From contig CM052838.1 of the NCBI GenBank assembly GCA_028534125.1, positions 64,914,001 through 64,978,000 of the forward strand: a stretch of 64,000 nucleotides of DNA, read 5' to 3'. The position numbers and the translations under genes were made by a program. The DNA comes from Lama glama. Taxonomy: Eukaryota. The notes under the pieces are model-generated. The model searched no databases. It saw only the letters and a list, made by a program, of their open reading frames with translations, and had not been told where the DNA came from. How positions within the stretch are numbered: position 1 is the stretch's first letter; every line of letters begins with the position of its first letter. Positions 1-13,019 of this stretch are shown in pieces.

Positions 1-195
1 AAGACGTGACATGAACATTATATAAAACTCAAGCCTCCACGTCTGTAAATGGTTTTGCTGGGACACAGCCTTTTTCATCTGTTTACACGTCGTCTCTGGC
101 AGTGTCTGTCCCTCCGTCGCAGAGGCGAGCAGCGGTGACAGACACCTCGAGGTCTGCAGAGCTGACAATATTGACTATCTGGGCTAAACAAGAGC
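1..195. mobile_element. MER58-like (hAT-Charlie) DNA transposon fragment
   Basis: GTAAATGGTTTTGCTGGGACACAGCC...GGTGACAGACACC...AATATTGACTATCTGG follows the recalled MER58A/B consensus in order. Confidence 0.7.
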
Positions 196-699
196 TAAGC
201 TAAGTCAAGACCAAGGTGCAGTCCTGGCGCGGCCCCGCCGGCCTCCATCCGCCTTCCTCCACGGCGCAGGCCTCCGGAGTGCCTCTCCGAGAGGCTGGCG
301 GCGCTTCCCTAGGTGGGGGCTGAGCGGTTTTTGTCCACTCAGCACTGCAACCCCCTGGAGAACCTTTTCTCATCTTCAGAGGCTTTGTAAGCCAGCATGC
401 CAGCCGCGTGTGAGGCCTCCAGGCCCGCACGCTGAGGTCTCCAGCCCGAGAGACGCCCAGAGCTTTGTTGTTTCCTGCTCAGGCAAAGCCCGAATCCTCA
501 GCCTGCTTCCTTGTGTCCAGAGTTGGCAACCAGCCCTGGAGGAGACAGGTTTCTAGGGTGCCCGCGATCCTCTAAACTACAGGTTTGTTTTCCTTCTTGT
601 CCGCAGCAGGAGTCTTGATGCTACCACGGCTTAATTCTATCTTGCAATGGAAATTCCCCTACAATTTTACTTTTGCTTTTCACATTTAGAACTGCTGTC

Positions 700-1205
700 C
701 ACTAGGATTAGTGTTTGTGTTAGAAGTGAACAGGAGAAGATTTTACTCCCCCTTCCCCGTGCGGGTCGTCAGCCGACCGCCCCCACGTACACTCCTTTGC
801 CGGTCGTGCATCCACACAGACGCGAGTTTGCACCTGGATCGCTTCCTCTTTCACGGGTCCATCCTGACTTTGATCACAAACTTTCTTGAATCTCATTGAC
901 AGTAAGTATCAATGTAAGGGAGTTCTCTCGCTTTTTGCTTTCTCTTCAATATGGACTTGACGGGGGGGGGGGTCTTTGCATCTCCACATAAATTTTAAGA
1001 TTTGCTTGTTAATGTATTTAAAAATATTAACAAAAAACCCAAAACAAACAAAACCCACTGGTGTCTGCACTGGCATTGCATTGCCTCTATAGACAAGCGT
1101 GGGGAGCCTGGCAGCCTTACAGTACTCAGTTTCCAATCCATGCACGTCACACGTCCCTCCATTTAATTAGGTCTCTCTCAATTTCCCCAGCACAGTTTTC
1201 TCAGC
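700..1205 (-). mobile_element. Old L1 ORF2 fragment
   Basis: CCACATAAATTTTAAGATTTGCTTG...GCATTGCATTGCCTCTATAGA...TTCCAATCCATG...CTCCATTTAATTAGGTCT is collinear with antisense L1M ORF2. Confidence 0.75.
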
Positions 1206-1469
1206 ACTTCTAATTGTTCTCAGTGGTGGCGTTGATCTAAATTACCTTGCCCACCACTTCCAGAGGAGCTCACCCATGTGTTACCTTAATTACACAGAAT
1301 GCAGTGCTACCGGCTTCTATTTTTCACTTATTCATTCAACTCCATAATCTACGCTGATTCGTGAGTATCTACTCTGTTGCTTCTAATTGCTGCATGCCAA
1401 TCCAGCAATATCCTCCACAGAGGAGGGCCTACAAAATAACAAAATTAAAAAGTCAGTGTGAAAAAGGGA

Positions 1470-2420
1470 TAAGGATAAAAGACGCCCAGAGAAAGCCAAG
1501 GAGACGGTCGACACGTGGGTGAGGAAACACTCAACCTCACCAATAACCAAAGAAATGCAAATGAAACAGCACCAGCTACCAGCGTCTGTCGGACGGACGG
1601 CAAAGACCGAAGGAGAAGGAAACCTGCCGCACCGGGCTCAGGGAGGATGCGGGGACAGCCTCTCCCGCCGACTGTGGCTGGGAGCCGAGCGTCAGCCTGC
1701 CGGCGTCTGACAAAGTGACAAGCGTGTACGTTCTGCGATGTGGTAGATTTTCTGCTTGATGTTTATCAGACGAAGACGACGCCATCCCAGGGTCACACAC
1801 GAGGATGCAACAGGGCCGTCATCGCGGCACTGGGCGTGGTAGGAAAAAAGGGGCTCAAGCAAGTTACACGTTCGGGAACAGAAGGCCGTGTGCGTACCTC
1901 CTCGGCCACCCACACAAGGGGTGCAGTTTGTGGCCACTAAAACACACTGCAAAAATGTGGCATCTGGAGACAATTTGGTTACGCGGTTAAGTTGAAACAA
2001 AACCAGACGCCCAAGCGTATCGTGAGCCGTGTCGCCGTGCAACAGTGGGGTTGTCATTAAGTGCGTGTGGGGCTGGTCCCTAGGGGACCCCGCAGTCTGA
2101 GTGTCCGGAGCCAGACCCTGGCTTTGGGCAGCCCTGAGCAAATTTCACAATTTCCTGCGTCTCGTGAACTAATCCACATAAAATACTAGACAAATCCAGG
2201 CACGTAGAGAACGATGAACAAGTGTTACCCATCGTTACACAAACGCGCCCAGAGTGACAGTCCCCGCAGAGGAGGGCTTCTGAAGTCACAGGCACGGTAT
2301 TTTCAACACCGATCCTCTCTGACGTCTGTTTCTAAGTTCACCGTGTTTGTGATATTTGAATTTTAAAGTTAGCATGTGTTACTGCATAATCTTTTGTAAT
2401 AGGGAAACGTAATGAAGATA
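1470..2420 (+). mobile_element. Old L1 (L1ME-like) ORF2 3' end and 3' UTR, GC-shifted
   Basis: CTCAACCTCACCAATAACCAAAGAAATGCAAATGAAAC matches the conserved L1 ORF2 C-terminal region. Ends in an L1ME-type tail (AGCATGTGTTACT...TTTTGTAAT). Possible MIR remnant at about 2095-2165. Confidence 0.65.
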
Positions 2421-5039
2421 AATGGAGTTTCTAAAGAGAAAGTGTTCCCGACTGCTGTTTGGAGACAGGATGCCCGCCCGGCGAAGCCGTGGTATCAACC
2501 TGGAGGGCGAAGCACCTCCCTGAAGGGGTGGCCTCGTGGCAAAGGGCGGAAGAACACGGCGGCATCAGGCATTTGTCACCCCGAAACACACCAGACGTGC
2601 CTTTTCCTGGGAATCCTCGGGCTCCAGGCAAAGTGCGGCTTATTGAAACCTTAAAAGTGTACCTAACTTTGCAGTGGCTCTCGCTCCTCAAGTACTAACA
2701 TTTAAAGGTGATTGTGCATTATTTTTCCACTAAGAACCGGCATAAATAGCAATGCACTTACGGTAAAATTAGTGAATTTCATTCCAGACCTTTGGTTAAC
2801 TTCTTTGAGCAACGATTTAAGGCTTTCAGCTACCCTTGCAGAGCAGTTAAAGCTTTTTAAAAAACAGTTCACACGATAAATGCCTACGGATAATTTGCAA
2901 GCGAGTGAAGAAGCAGGCGGGGCTGCTTCAGAACGCCTCTTCAGAGTTCTCTCCAGCGTCACGGGATGCAGGCCTGGCAGTTAAAGGTCACGGGGCTCTG
3001 ACCCTCAAGCTGAGTTAACAGCCGCCTCTAGCAGATGACCGCTCTGATTTGGACCCTTCTCTGGACAACTCACCACGGGCTGTGCCTTGTACAGAACGTG
3101 AAAAGGCAGGATGACATTGGGTACGATTATAAATGTCATTGTGTTGGTTGAGGTTCTGGTAGGAACGAGGTGGCACCCCCCCAACATGGTCCAGCTGAAG
3201 AGAGCTGAATGAAGGGGCACTTAGAGGTGTGGGCGGAGAAGCGGACAGGCACTCAGGGTCCAGCAAGAACGGGGCACCACCATCCGCAGCCTTACGGAGT
3301 GAGGGGCAGGACTGGTCTTGCTGGAGCTGCGGGCACAAGGCAGGGAGAAACGCAGGGAGCAGCGGGAAGGGGAACCAACGCCTCCACCTCTCCGCCTCCC
3401 TCCCCCACCTCATCCTTCCTCCGGATGATCGATTGCTCAACCCAACCGGACTGGAAGTCGGGAGCCCAGTGGTGCGGTCCCTGGGGCTGACCGTCTGGGG
3501 CACAGAGCCGGCGAGATGGCAAGGAGGGTTCGGGGCGCACCAGACTTTGCACTCTTCCCAGCGACACACTTGAAAAACCAGGAAGAGCGCCTGACTTCCC
3601 TCCCTCTGCGACTCGAGCCGTGGCAGAGATCTTCACGTGCACTGAGTGACGTCCAACAATAACGCATCAGAAAGCAGTTAGGTGCGCCGGCAAGACGCAC
3701 GTGGCTCTTCTGGCCCTCGCAGCAGGCCTGCGCAGCAAGTGCTGCCACCAAGGAGGCTGCGGGGCTGTGAGGTCTGGTGTCGCGTTGCCCCCCCCCACAC
3801 CCAAGGCTACGGCTCCCCTTCCCTGTGTTTCTCCCGGGGCACGTCAGGTCATGTCGCTCGTCTAGTTGAAAGCTTTTGAGAGTTCCTCAGCCCCCTGAGA
3901 ACTGCAGCAAACCCGAACCTTCCTGCATCACCCAGGCTTGTGTGACTCGGGGAGACCCTGCGGCCTGCCCGCCCCACCACTCCCTCGGAGCCCTGCCGTC
4001 CGCCCCCAGGGCCGGCCAAGCTCTCTCCACCTGGGCTGCTCACCCCTCCCCGCAGGGATCTTCTCGGCTCTGCACGGCCGGCTCCCTCCTCCTCCTGCAG
4101 CTCAGTGATGCCCCTGCCAGCTCTGGTCGACGCCACAGAGACCAGCTTCCCCGTTGTCCCACCAGCACGTCGGAGCTGCTGTTCAGCGCCTCCCCACACT
4201 CGCGGCACTATTTTTGCCCACCTCTCGGCTTTCTCTCCTGTAAAACGGAAGTTGCATGAAGGCAGAGACCACTGCTGCCGTACTCTGACGCCCCAGGGCA
4301 CTGTTTGCTGCTGTCGGCATGAGGGTCCAACACCGGGAGGGTGACCAGGGTGACTGAACTTGCCCGGGGTCAGTGCTGCGTGAAGGCGCCAGGCCTCCCA
4401 GCTCAGGAGCTCACCCTGGGGCCCTGCCGCAACCCTGGCTGGAAACACAGACACACGAGGAACAGAGAGCTCAGGCTTCGTTACCTGCTTGGAGGAAGGC
4501 AGCCCTTTGTGTGGAATAGGACCGTGTCTCCCCTAGAAGATGCGCAGAGGAAACGGGCCTTCCCAGGGCCCCACGCTTTTCACTGGTCTCTCAAGCCTTC
4601 TCACGGGCTAAAATCCTGTAACTTTGAACCTTTGCTTCAGAAGAAGCATGCCCCAGGCATTTAATTTTTTTTTTATTGTCAACAGTTGCCATAAAGTTAT
4701 CCTATACATGAAACCCTGAAAATCCAAGTCCATCGGGAACGCGTCTGAAGGTCACGGCGCCCCAGTCACAGGATGAGGTGCTGTCTCCCCCAGGAGGGCC
4801 CAGGCAATCTAGTGACTCGCCCCAGCTGTTTGCCGTGTGTCATGAGGCAGCGGCCTCTGAAGCAGGCCTATCTTGTCCTCGTAGGAAAGACAGACGGGTC
4901 TTCAAGTCACCAGCTGCTAGAAGTGGCCTTGGGCGGTGTGCCTGGAAGCAGAGCCCGGACGGAGGTTCAGTGGTACCCGCGCTGGGCAAGGGGCTGCGCT
5001 GCTGGGGTGGCTGCCAGGGTGCCTTGTCTAACCTGTTCT

Positions 5040-6105
5040 CTCTCTTGCCTCCAGTGAGGGCAGCGTCGGCTACTGTGTCCTCAAATGTGCTGGCACCTCC
5101 TTCTGCAGCGTCTGATCTGCTGAGCCTGCCTGGGGGGGGACTGTTCTCTCCGTACTGTATAAAAATCCCTAGATCGACAAACTGCACTCGACTTAATTCG
5201 GTGTCTTCTCTTCTCACGTTTTGCCTTGAATTGGAACTTATGATAATTTTTCTCAAGGTTTTGTTTGCTGGTTTTGTCGCTTCTTTGATTTCTGGGTCAG
5301 TTTTCATTAGTTAGTCACCCTCTCAGTTACAGCTTACACTTCCCTGTCTCGGCCTGTCTACTCATTCTTAATTAAGCGTTGGATGCTTTGAAGTTTACGT
5401 CACTGAGTGCCTGATACGGCTTTTATTTTCGGAAGGGTGTTGCGTTTTGCCTTGGCAAGCAGTTGACTTATTTCCAGATTGGCTTGATCTTATAAAAGCT
5501 CTTTTTGAACTCTGTCAGAGCAGCTCTAGAGTAACCCATTCTCGGGCCCAGAGCAGCCCTCGTCCTCCTTGAGTGTGAGCCGTCCGGCGTTTCGGCTGAA
5601 TACCTCGGGAGACCCGGCGGAAGAGCTCCGACAGCACGGGTCTGACGTGAGCTCTGGGGATGGAGCGGTCTCTGCTTCCAACGCTTGCTCTTCCCGTGAC
5701 GCTTGGTCTCTGGCTCCCGCAGGCTGACTCTGCGCGTTTACAGCTCCACGTTCTCTCCTATGCAGATCTTGGGGGTCTTTCTCTTTATGACTTTTCCCTT
5801 TGGGATTCTGCCCTGGAAACTTCAACCGTGCTGGCCTCCCTGACGTTCTATTTCCAGCTCTTCTCCTCAGTAAGGACGCTTTGCTCTGGTCCGATTCTCA
5901 GTCCCTGTGCAGCCTTCTGGAAAATTCCATCAGGCGGGAAGCCAAGCATTCCTAGGGTTTCCTTTCTCTCGGGATGACGGTCCCGTCCCGCTGGTGTCCA
6001 GTGTCTGAAAGCAAATGTTCACGCACTTTGTCCTATTTGCTGGTTGTTCACTGAAGAAGGGGAAGCTCAGTGCCAGCTACGTCATGATGGCCGACGCAGG
6101 AGTCC
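5040..6105 (-). mobile_element. Old L1/HAL1-type 5' region
   Basis: TCTAGAGTAACC, CCTATGCAGAT, TTTCTCTCGGGATGACGGTCC...TGTCCAGTGTCTGAAAGC and the terminal CATGATGGCCGACGCAGGAGTC resemble the antisense 5' end of L1M/L1ME elements. Confidence 0.65.
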
Positions 6106-6861
6106 TGGGCTGCACTTCGGCCCTTGTGACCAGCCCGGGTTCTAGGAAGGGAGGCAAAGCTAGATCCTGAAGGGGACAAGCGCTGTCTTGTAGAGCACCT
6201 GTCTCATCTGTGGTCTTGGAATTGCCTTCAGCTGTTTCCTGAAAAAGTGCACTGGGTCACTCTTCCAATCTCATGAGGACAGTGGAATCTGAGGGTGTAA
6301 GGTTGTTGGTTGCATCTACCCTTGGGGCCCCATTCCAGTCTCAAGCCCCCTCCCTCCTTAACCGGGAGCCGACTTTGACCTCGGAGACCAGCCAGCCTGC
6401 AAACACACCTTCTCTGAGTCCCTGGTGTCTTCCCACTAAGGCCAAGCTGACAGTTTGCCCGTCTGCCCTCCGGCCTTGGGTGCTCACGATTTCCCTGCAA
6501 GCGGCCCAGGGACCCTCTGCTTTCAGGAATCTGCCTTGAACTGGTGATTAATTACCCCGAGACTCACTCCATCTCTTGAGTGAACCGAAGTTCCTCAGGA
6601 GCAGCTGCCCCATCTTATAGCCCTTGCAGCCCTCGTGGTGAGCACTCACTCACACTGGCTCGTACGTCCTCTTCAGCTTGGACACCGCTCTGATCAACAG
6701 CAAATGTCTTAACAATTGCACTGTTGCAACCAACGTGCCAGGAGGTACCCATGCCCCGATTCCCATCAGTTTTGAGACCCTAATTTCCATCTACTGGGGG
6801 AAAGATCCGATTCTCAGATTCCATTCTACAGCCTTCATGTTTGGACAGCTCTAAGACCAAC

Positions 6862-7430
6862 TGTCTTAGAGTGGATTCCCTGAAACTGACTCTGAGTCAG
6901 GGCTGCATCACAGGGGTTTCTGGGGAGACAGTGAGGGGCATGCAGGACGAGCGCGAGAGGGTCCTAAGGACTCCACTCAGGGGGCAGGGGGCAGGGCTAG
7001 TCCTGGGCTCACCTTAGTGCATCTTGCACGCGCAGGAAGTGAGCAGATCAGATCCTGCGTTCAGAGGAAAGTCTCGGAGCATGAGGAGCCTGGCGGGGCA
7101 GCACAGCCCCACTTCCTGCACCTCCCACGGAAGAGTGGAGCCCTCTGCCCCTGCCAGGCTCCTCCTGCCCAGTGCACGTTTCCCTGAGCCCAGGATCTGA
7201 TCTGTTCTGCTTCCCTCCATCCCTGTGGCATTGGAGTCACACGAACCTCATTTCCTGTGGTTGCCTTCCAATAGCAACTGCAATGGGCCTGAGTGCCCGT
7301 GAATTCGGTGGAAGATGGGAAGCCTTCTCCAGTGGATGGTGTAAGAAATTGAACAGTGAGTGGGGCAGGGACGGAGGTGGGGGGGCTGTGTGGCAGGACC
7401 CTCCACTGTCCTGCTGTCATGTCACGTGAC
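6862..7430 (-). mobile_element. ERVL-class LTR remnant (LTR16/LTR33-like)
   Basis: Starts TGTCTTAGAGTGGATTCCCTGAAACTGACTCTGAG, like the reverse-strand terminus of ERVL LTRs. Right boundary uncertain. Confidence 0.45.
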
Positions 7431-8179
7431 TGGGTGAAGCCACACCAGAGGGTGCAAATGACTCCAGTCCCATCCTCAGCTTCCTGCCCCCCTCCTATTC
7501 CCGACTACACTTTTGTGAGCACAGAGTAGACGTAAGGGAGGACAGGCCGTGAGGCTCCCAAAAGTCAGTAGAGAGGACCTGGAGTCCAGTCAGGCTTGCT
7601 CGAAGGATCTGCCCTGATCTCAGCCTGGGCTTCCAGCAGCAACCAACGTGCAGCCCAGAGAACATGCATTTTCAAAGAGGAATCTAGAGTCAGGGAGGCG
7701 GAGTGAAGACTTCCCCTTCACGTTCGTACAAAGGTGGCAAGACTGGACTTGCTCTGAAGGGGCTGGGGCAGCCGAGTCTGGGCAGCTGCCCAAGTTTTGA
7801 CCAGAACATTGGGTCAAAGCTGCTTCCAAATCCCCCGGCCATTACTGTTTATGTGCCCATCATTCAAGTTTAGGAGACTTTGTCTTCTCAGATTATGGCT
7901 GCAACCGGAGGCTTCGAGGACCAAGACGCCGTGAATACGGCTGCTGCTGAACCGAATCAAGGACACAGGAGGCAGCTCTGTTGCTGTTGTGTGAGCGGGC
8001 CGCCCCGGGCTGCACACCCAGCAGCCAAATGGCCTTAAATTCATGTGCACACACAGCCCAGTGGACCGTTTGAAGCTTGAATAAACAGCCAAGGCACCCA
8101 AGGTGCCAGACTGTGAGGGTGAACACTCCAGAACCCTGACACTCTAAAGGGCGTACACAGCCTGGCTTCCCCTCGGGTG

Positions 8180-8375
8180 GTCAGCACGGCGAGCGTTTGC
8201 TGCGTGCTGAGCGTGGTGCGCGCCTTTCTCACTTAGCCCTGCAACAAACCGACATTGTTATCATCCCCACTTTGCAGATGAAGGCGCGGAGGCTCAGAGA
8301 GGGCAGTAACCTGCCTGGCTCAGCCCAGCAGGATGGCAGAGCGGGGATGCGAATGCAGGGGGCGTGAACCGGGGC
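8180..8375 (-). mobile_element. MIR SINE
   Basis: Core ATCATCCCCACTTTGCAGATGAAGGCGCGGAGGCTCAGAGAGGGCAGTAACCTGCC is the reverse MIR core. Confidence 0.8.
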
Positions 8376-11300
8376 GGGTGCCAGCCCCTCTCCTGCGCCG
8401 GTTCATCTCCAGCCCCGTCCCCTTGCCTCTCCTCCTGATGCTCGTCTCCATAGGACTATAAACCCCCAGACTCAGCACGCAGCCCCTCCCTCACCTCCTC
8501 ATGACCTGGGTGCGCCCGCCCACTGCCGTGGAGAAGCTAAGCCCACCCAGGGTGCCTGGCGCTTTCTCTGCTTCCATGTGGGCTGCAGGGAGGCAGGGCT
8601 CCCCTTTGGGTCCGTCTTCTGGCAGGAGGAAAGGGGGCCAGAGGTGTCCACTGCCTGCAGTCACATGCATAGTGGGGCGAGGAGTGCATCTTCGGCCCCT
8701 GCAGCAGAGCGCCCTGTCCCCTCCTCCTCTGACTACAGGGCACTTTCTTCGAGACGCACCTAGATCTCCAAGACCTGCAGCCCTGCATTCAAACCCGGGC
8801 TCTGCTGCAGGCCGCCTGTGAGGCTGTGACTGGTGCGTAGCAAGCGTGCAAGGAGACATTTCCACCCTTCCACCTCCAAAGGGGGGAGACGCACTTTTGC
8901 AAGGGCAGGATGATTAAATTCACCCCAAACCATGGTCGGACTTTCTTTCACTGGAAATACTCGTAAGGAGACACTGAGTTCACGGGACAGGTACACCCAT
9001 CAACAGTGCAGCACAAGCCGGAAGGGGGCATCTTCCCTGAGCACAGCAGGCGAGTAACTCAGAGGACGTCCTAGCTGTCGTCTCCTGACTTCACGGCTGT
9101 CTCAGCTTGGCAGACAATCATTTCAGACCCAGAAAATTAGGCTGTAGCTTGTTTAATTAACGTCTGTTTGAAATGAATATACGTTAATTTGGACACATTT
9201 AAGTCTGCTCACCGTGAGCACAATGTTAGCTGTTACCAAGCAGTTTTCTCACCAGAATTCCATTCTTGCTCCTTCACACACTGGCTCTTCTCCCATTCGT
9301 TCTCTTTCTATAGGATTAGATTACACGAAGCCTCTACAGTGGATTAAACACAATGACGATGCAGGGATGTTCTGGCAAGTAAGGGCGGGTCTCAGCCAGG
9401 GCTGGCCCCGGTTCCCCGCCTGCCCTGTGTCTTTGCCTCAGGGTCAGCCGCTCGACCCCAGCCAGCCCTCAGGTGTCGGGCACACGGCGAATGACTGCTG
9501 TTTGAAGTCCCAGCAAGCGATGCGTGTCCACAGGCTCCCCACCCTCTCTGGCTTGGCAGGTGGTGGGAGAACTGGAACCCAGAGAAGCAGCAGGTGTGCG
9601 GTGGCGCTGGGCTTCCTTCTCCGTCGACTCCCTGTCAGCCTCCCGGTGACCCCAGGAGCGCTCGACTCTGGGGGCGGCCCCAACTCATGCCAAACCACAC
9701 GATAGCTTGGAGCGGTACTTCCCACCTCCGGTTCCTGCTTCCCCCAGCTACCGTTTCCTCCTGTGCGAGGCAGAGAGAGAAAGAGAGAGAACGTGAATTA
9801 TTTAGATGTCAATTCCACTTTTCGTTTTTTAAATATTACACGACTGTCCTGTGAGTCCTGGAAAATCGGAGGTCTGGGCCTCAGTAAGAGGAATTGCAGG
9901 GGAAATGCAGCGGCCGCAGTCTCTGGGCAGTCCTGCTGCCTCTGGGCCCCTCCTCCGGCTTCCACCAAAGGACATGGAAGGCTGACGCAGGACGCGCCGG
10001 TCCAGACGCTCAGACCCCAGACCAGGGGACGGGCCCTGCCCAGGGGCTCAGCTCATTTGGCCTCAGGAATTTTCACACGAATTGTTGCCACGTTCATAAG
10101 ACCGGTGAGTCTACGCATAAATAACCAGACCTGCAGGTTTGGTTTGGTTTGTGGTTTTGCTGAGCGGACAGTCCCTCAGGCCAGATACCTGCAGCTGAGA
10201 AGCTCGGCCCTCGTGATGGAGCTGGACCTCTGTTCCGCTTCTCCCTCCAGCCATTCCCCTCAAGCTCTGTGCTTCCCCAGACCTTCAGCTTTGCCTCTGA
10301 TGGAATCCCAGCTCCTGACACAGCCGGCTCTGCAGGGCAGGCCCCTCCTCCCTCTGCCCCCCATGCCTGCGTCCTTCCTCCCCTCCAGCACCCTGGGGAG
10401 CGCCTCCAGGTACCTCCTGCAGAGCCACCTCCTTGGGGCAGTGGCACAGCGCCCTGGACAGCAGACTGGGTGCAGGACCACAGGAGGCCTAGACCCACAT
10501 GGGGGTCCCGGGTGCCGGGTAGCTCACATCCAAGGGGGGCCCTCCGTCCACCCCCTTTCATGAGTGTGTGCGCTGCCCGTGCACATGAGATCTCTGACCA
10601 CATGGAACCAGTCACTGTCGTCCAAAGCTTGGGCTTGCAGGAGCAGTGACTTGAGCTGGGCATTGGTAATTCCGGAATTTAATGTTGGAGAAATAGTGCT
10701 CAACCGTCTGTGTTGAATGGTGAGGGCACTTGTGATTTCAAGACTGTGTTGTGAGATTTACTCAGCGTGGGGGCAATCCAGACCCTCACCTGTGGTCAGA
10801 CGGTGCGGCTACAGAAGGACCAGGAGGAGGGGAGCCCGTGGGCTGGCGTCTCCAGCCTGAAGCCGGCAGGTTCGGGACCGCAGAGCGGGGCCCCGTCCTG
10901 GTCCATGTCTCGTGGGCAAGGTTTGCTTCCAGCAGCTGATGCGCCGGGCGAGATGGGAGGCAGGATGGTCCAGGGCCACACTCCCTGCTGCTTCTGGCCG
11001 TCTCTGGCGGGCGGGTGGCTGGAAGCACTTGGCTTTCCCGGTGGTAAGAGCAGCAGCGGCCAAGCCGCACCATCTGGCCGTGAACCGTGCGACTGCGCTG
11101 AGGCTGGCGGCGCCCGGGGCCTCCTGGTGGGCCCAGCTCCGCACGGTCCTCGGCCCACGGCTGCGGGCTCTCGCTCCCTGAGAGCGGGAGAGGAGACACA
11201 GCCTGAGGGCTCCTCGTCCGTGTCCTCAGGGAGCCGTGGGAGTACTGACTCCTGTCCTTGTGAATGGTCTCAGCGGAACCTTTTCTGTTTGATTAGCTGG

Positions 11301-11399
11301 GGGGGGGCATGAAAAATAATAGAGGATGGGCCGATTTTCCTTCCCAAATAGGTGCCAAGACAAAATGCACGGAACACAAGTAAAAAGACCTAAACTGTC

Positions 11400-11610
11400 A
11401 GGGCTACTGTTATGTGCTTCTTTCCCATTTACTATTTTTTACGCTTTGTTTCTGCTTCTTCCCAAAGGAATTGTGTCCTATTCGTCCCAGAACTTTTGCT
11501 TATCTAAGGAAGACATCAACCCTATTGTGATTTGCCATATTTCAATGGATTTTTCTTATTATTTTTCTCTGACTCGGAACATAAAGAAATTGTTTCTTTA
11601 TTTAAAGTTA
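11400..11610 (-). mobile_element. Degenerate L1 fragment
   Basis: T-rich; TATCTAAGGAAGACATCAACCCTATTGTGATTTGCCATATTT resembles antisense L1ME ORF2. Confidence 0.4.
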
Positions 11611-11987
11611 AGAAATGTGGGGGGTTTTTTCCTACAAAAAAGAAAGTTTCAGAAGAATGTAAACTGGTAGGGCGATGTTTGACAAGCAAACATTCAGAAG
11701 TGTTGGCAGAAGCTCATCTTTGTCACAGCTGCAGGTGGCAGTGGGACCTCCTCCTCCGAAGGCCTCTCTCAGGACACCTGCCTGTGGCTCACACCCCCCA
11801 GGCCACCTCCTGCTGGGGGTCACCTCTGCCACCATAATGCGCCCAAGTAGGTGTCGGCCAATAAAGTAAGGGCCTGGAAGCAGCTAAAAGGACCATGAAA
11901 TCATCATGACCATATTTTCAAATCTGAATTAAAATCATAGGTGGTTACAAACCCCCTGAGCTGGAAACAAAGCGCTCGTGTGGTGAC

Positions 11988-12102
11988 ATCACACCACACG
12001 CAGACACACACACAGCCACACACATAGACACGCACATGCATACGAACACACACACAGACGCACAGTTATACCGCAGGCACTCCCACACACCTGTGCACAC
12101 AC
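11988..12102. repeat. Degenerate (CA)n-rich low-complexity tract
   Basis: Interrupted CACA runs seen directly. Confidence 0.85.
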
Positions 12103-12624
12103 CCCTGAACAAGGCAGAGGTCACGCTGTACACGCAGGCTGAGAGCCTTGACGTTTCGGCCATCATGCGGTTATGGCCCCCCCAGTTGTTGTGCGGGCAG
12201 TTGTGTGTGAGTGAAGCGGTGCCCTGGACTCCCAGATGCCCTGTCCCCTGCATAACGTGTTTCCCTGTCCCCGTCCCTGGCACTGCATGACAGCGACAGC
12301 TTGGAATCTGCTCTTAGTTTCCAGTTTGGCAGTTCATCATAAGCGATTTTCGAATACATCTCAAAACGCTCCTTGCCGTCAGGAAAGGACATTTTAGCTG
12401 CAGAGCTAATGCACACATACACCGAACAGTGAGCGGCAGTGGCTCGCTCAAAACAGGCTTAGTGAGCGGACTGAGTCAGGTGGGATAGGAAGGCAAGTGC
12501 TTCTGAGTTGCTGTTTTCAACCATGCTTGGTGACACTTAGTCATCCATTCCATGTACATGTGATACACACACACACAGGTACACACACGTATGTACGTGT
12601 GTATGACAGACTCCAGAGATTCAG

Positions 12625-12987
12625 CACTGAGCGAGAGAAGAAGACATGACGTCACTTACACGTGGAATCTAAACTAAAGGCACAAATGAACTTATTTACA
12701 AAACAGAGACAGACCCAGGACATAGAGAACAAACTTATGGTTACCAGCGGGGGAAGAGGGTGGGAAGGGATAAACTCGGAGTTTGAGATTTGCAGATACA
12801 CACTATTATATATAAAATAGATGAGCAGCAAGGCCCTACTGTACAGCACAGGGAACTGTATTCAACTCCTTGTAATAACCTTTAATGAGAAAGGACATGA
12901 AAACGGATACACGTACGTATACGCGTGCCTGGGACGCGGTGCGCCAGAAACCGACACGCTGTAACTGACTGCATTCAATTAAAAAAA
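12625..12987 (+). mobile_element. 5'-truncated artiodactyl/camelid-type L1 3' end with poly(A)
   Basis: GTGGAATCTAAA...ACAAATGAACTTATTTACAAAACAGA...AACAAACTTATGGTTACCA...TACAGCACAGGGAACT...TGTAACTGACT...AATTAAAAAAA. Homologous to 41057-41303 on the opposite strand. Confidence 0.9.
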
Positions 12988-13019
12988 GCCGCTGCGGGCG
13001 CTGCCCGTGACCGCTCGCG

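Noticed and set aside
9763-10563. 266-aa ORF (plus)
   Set aside because: Non-ATG start, begins in a GA repeat, no domain, and overlapping antisense ORFs.
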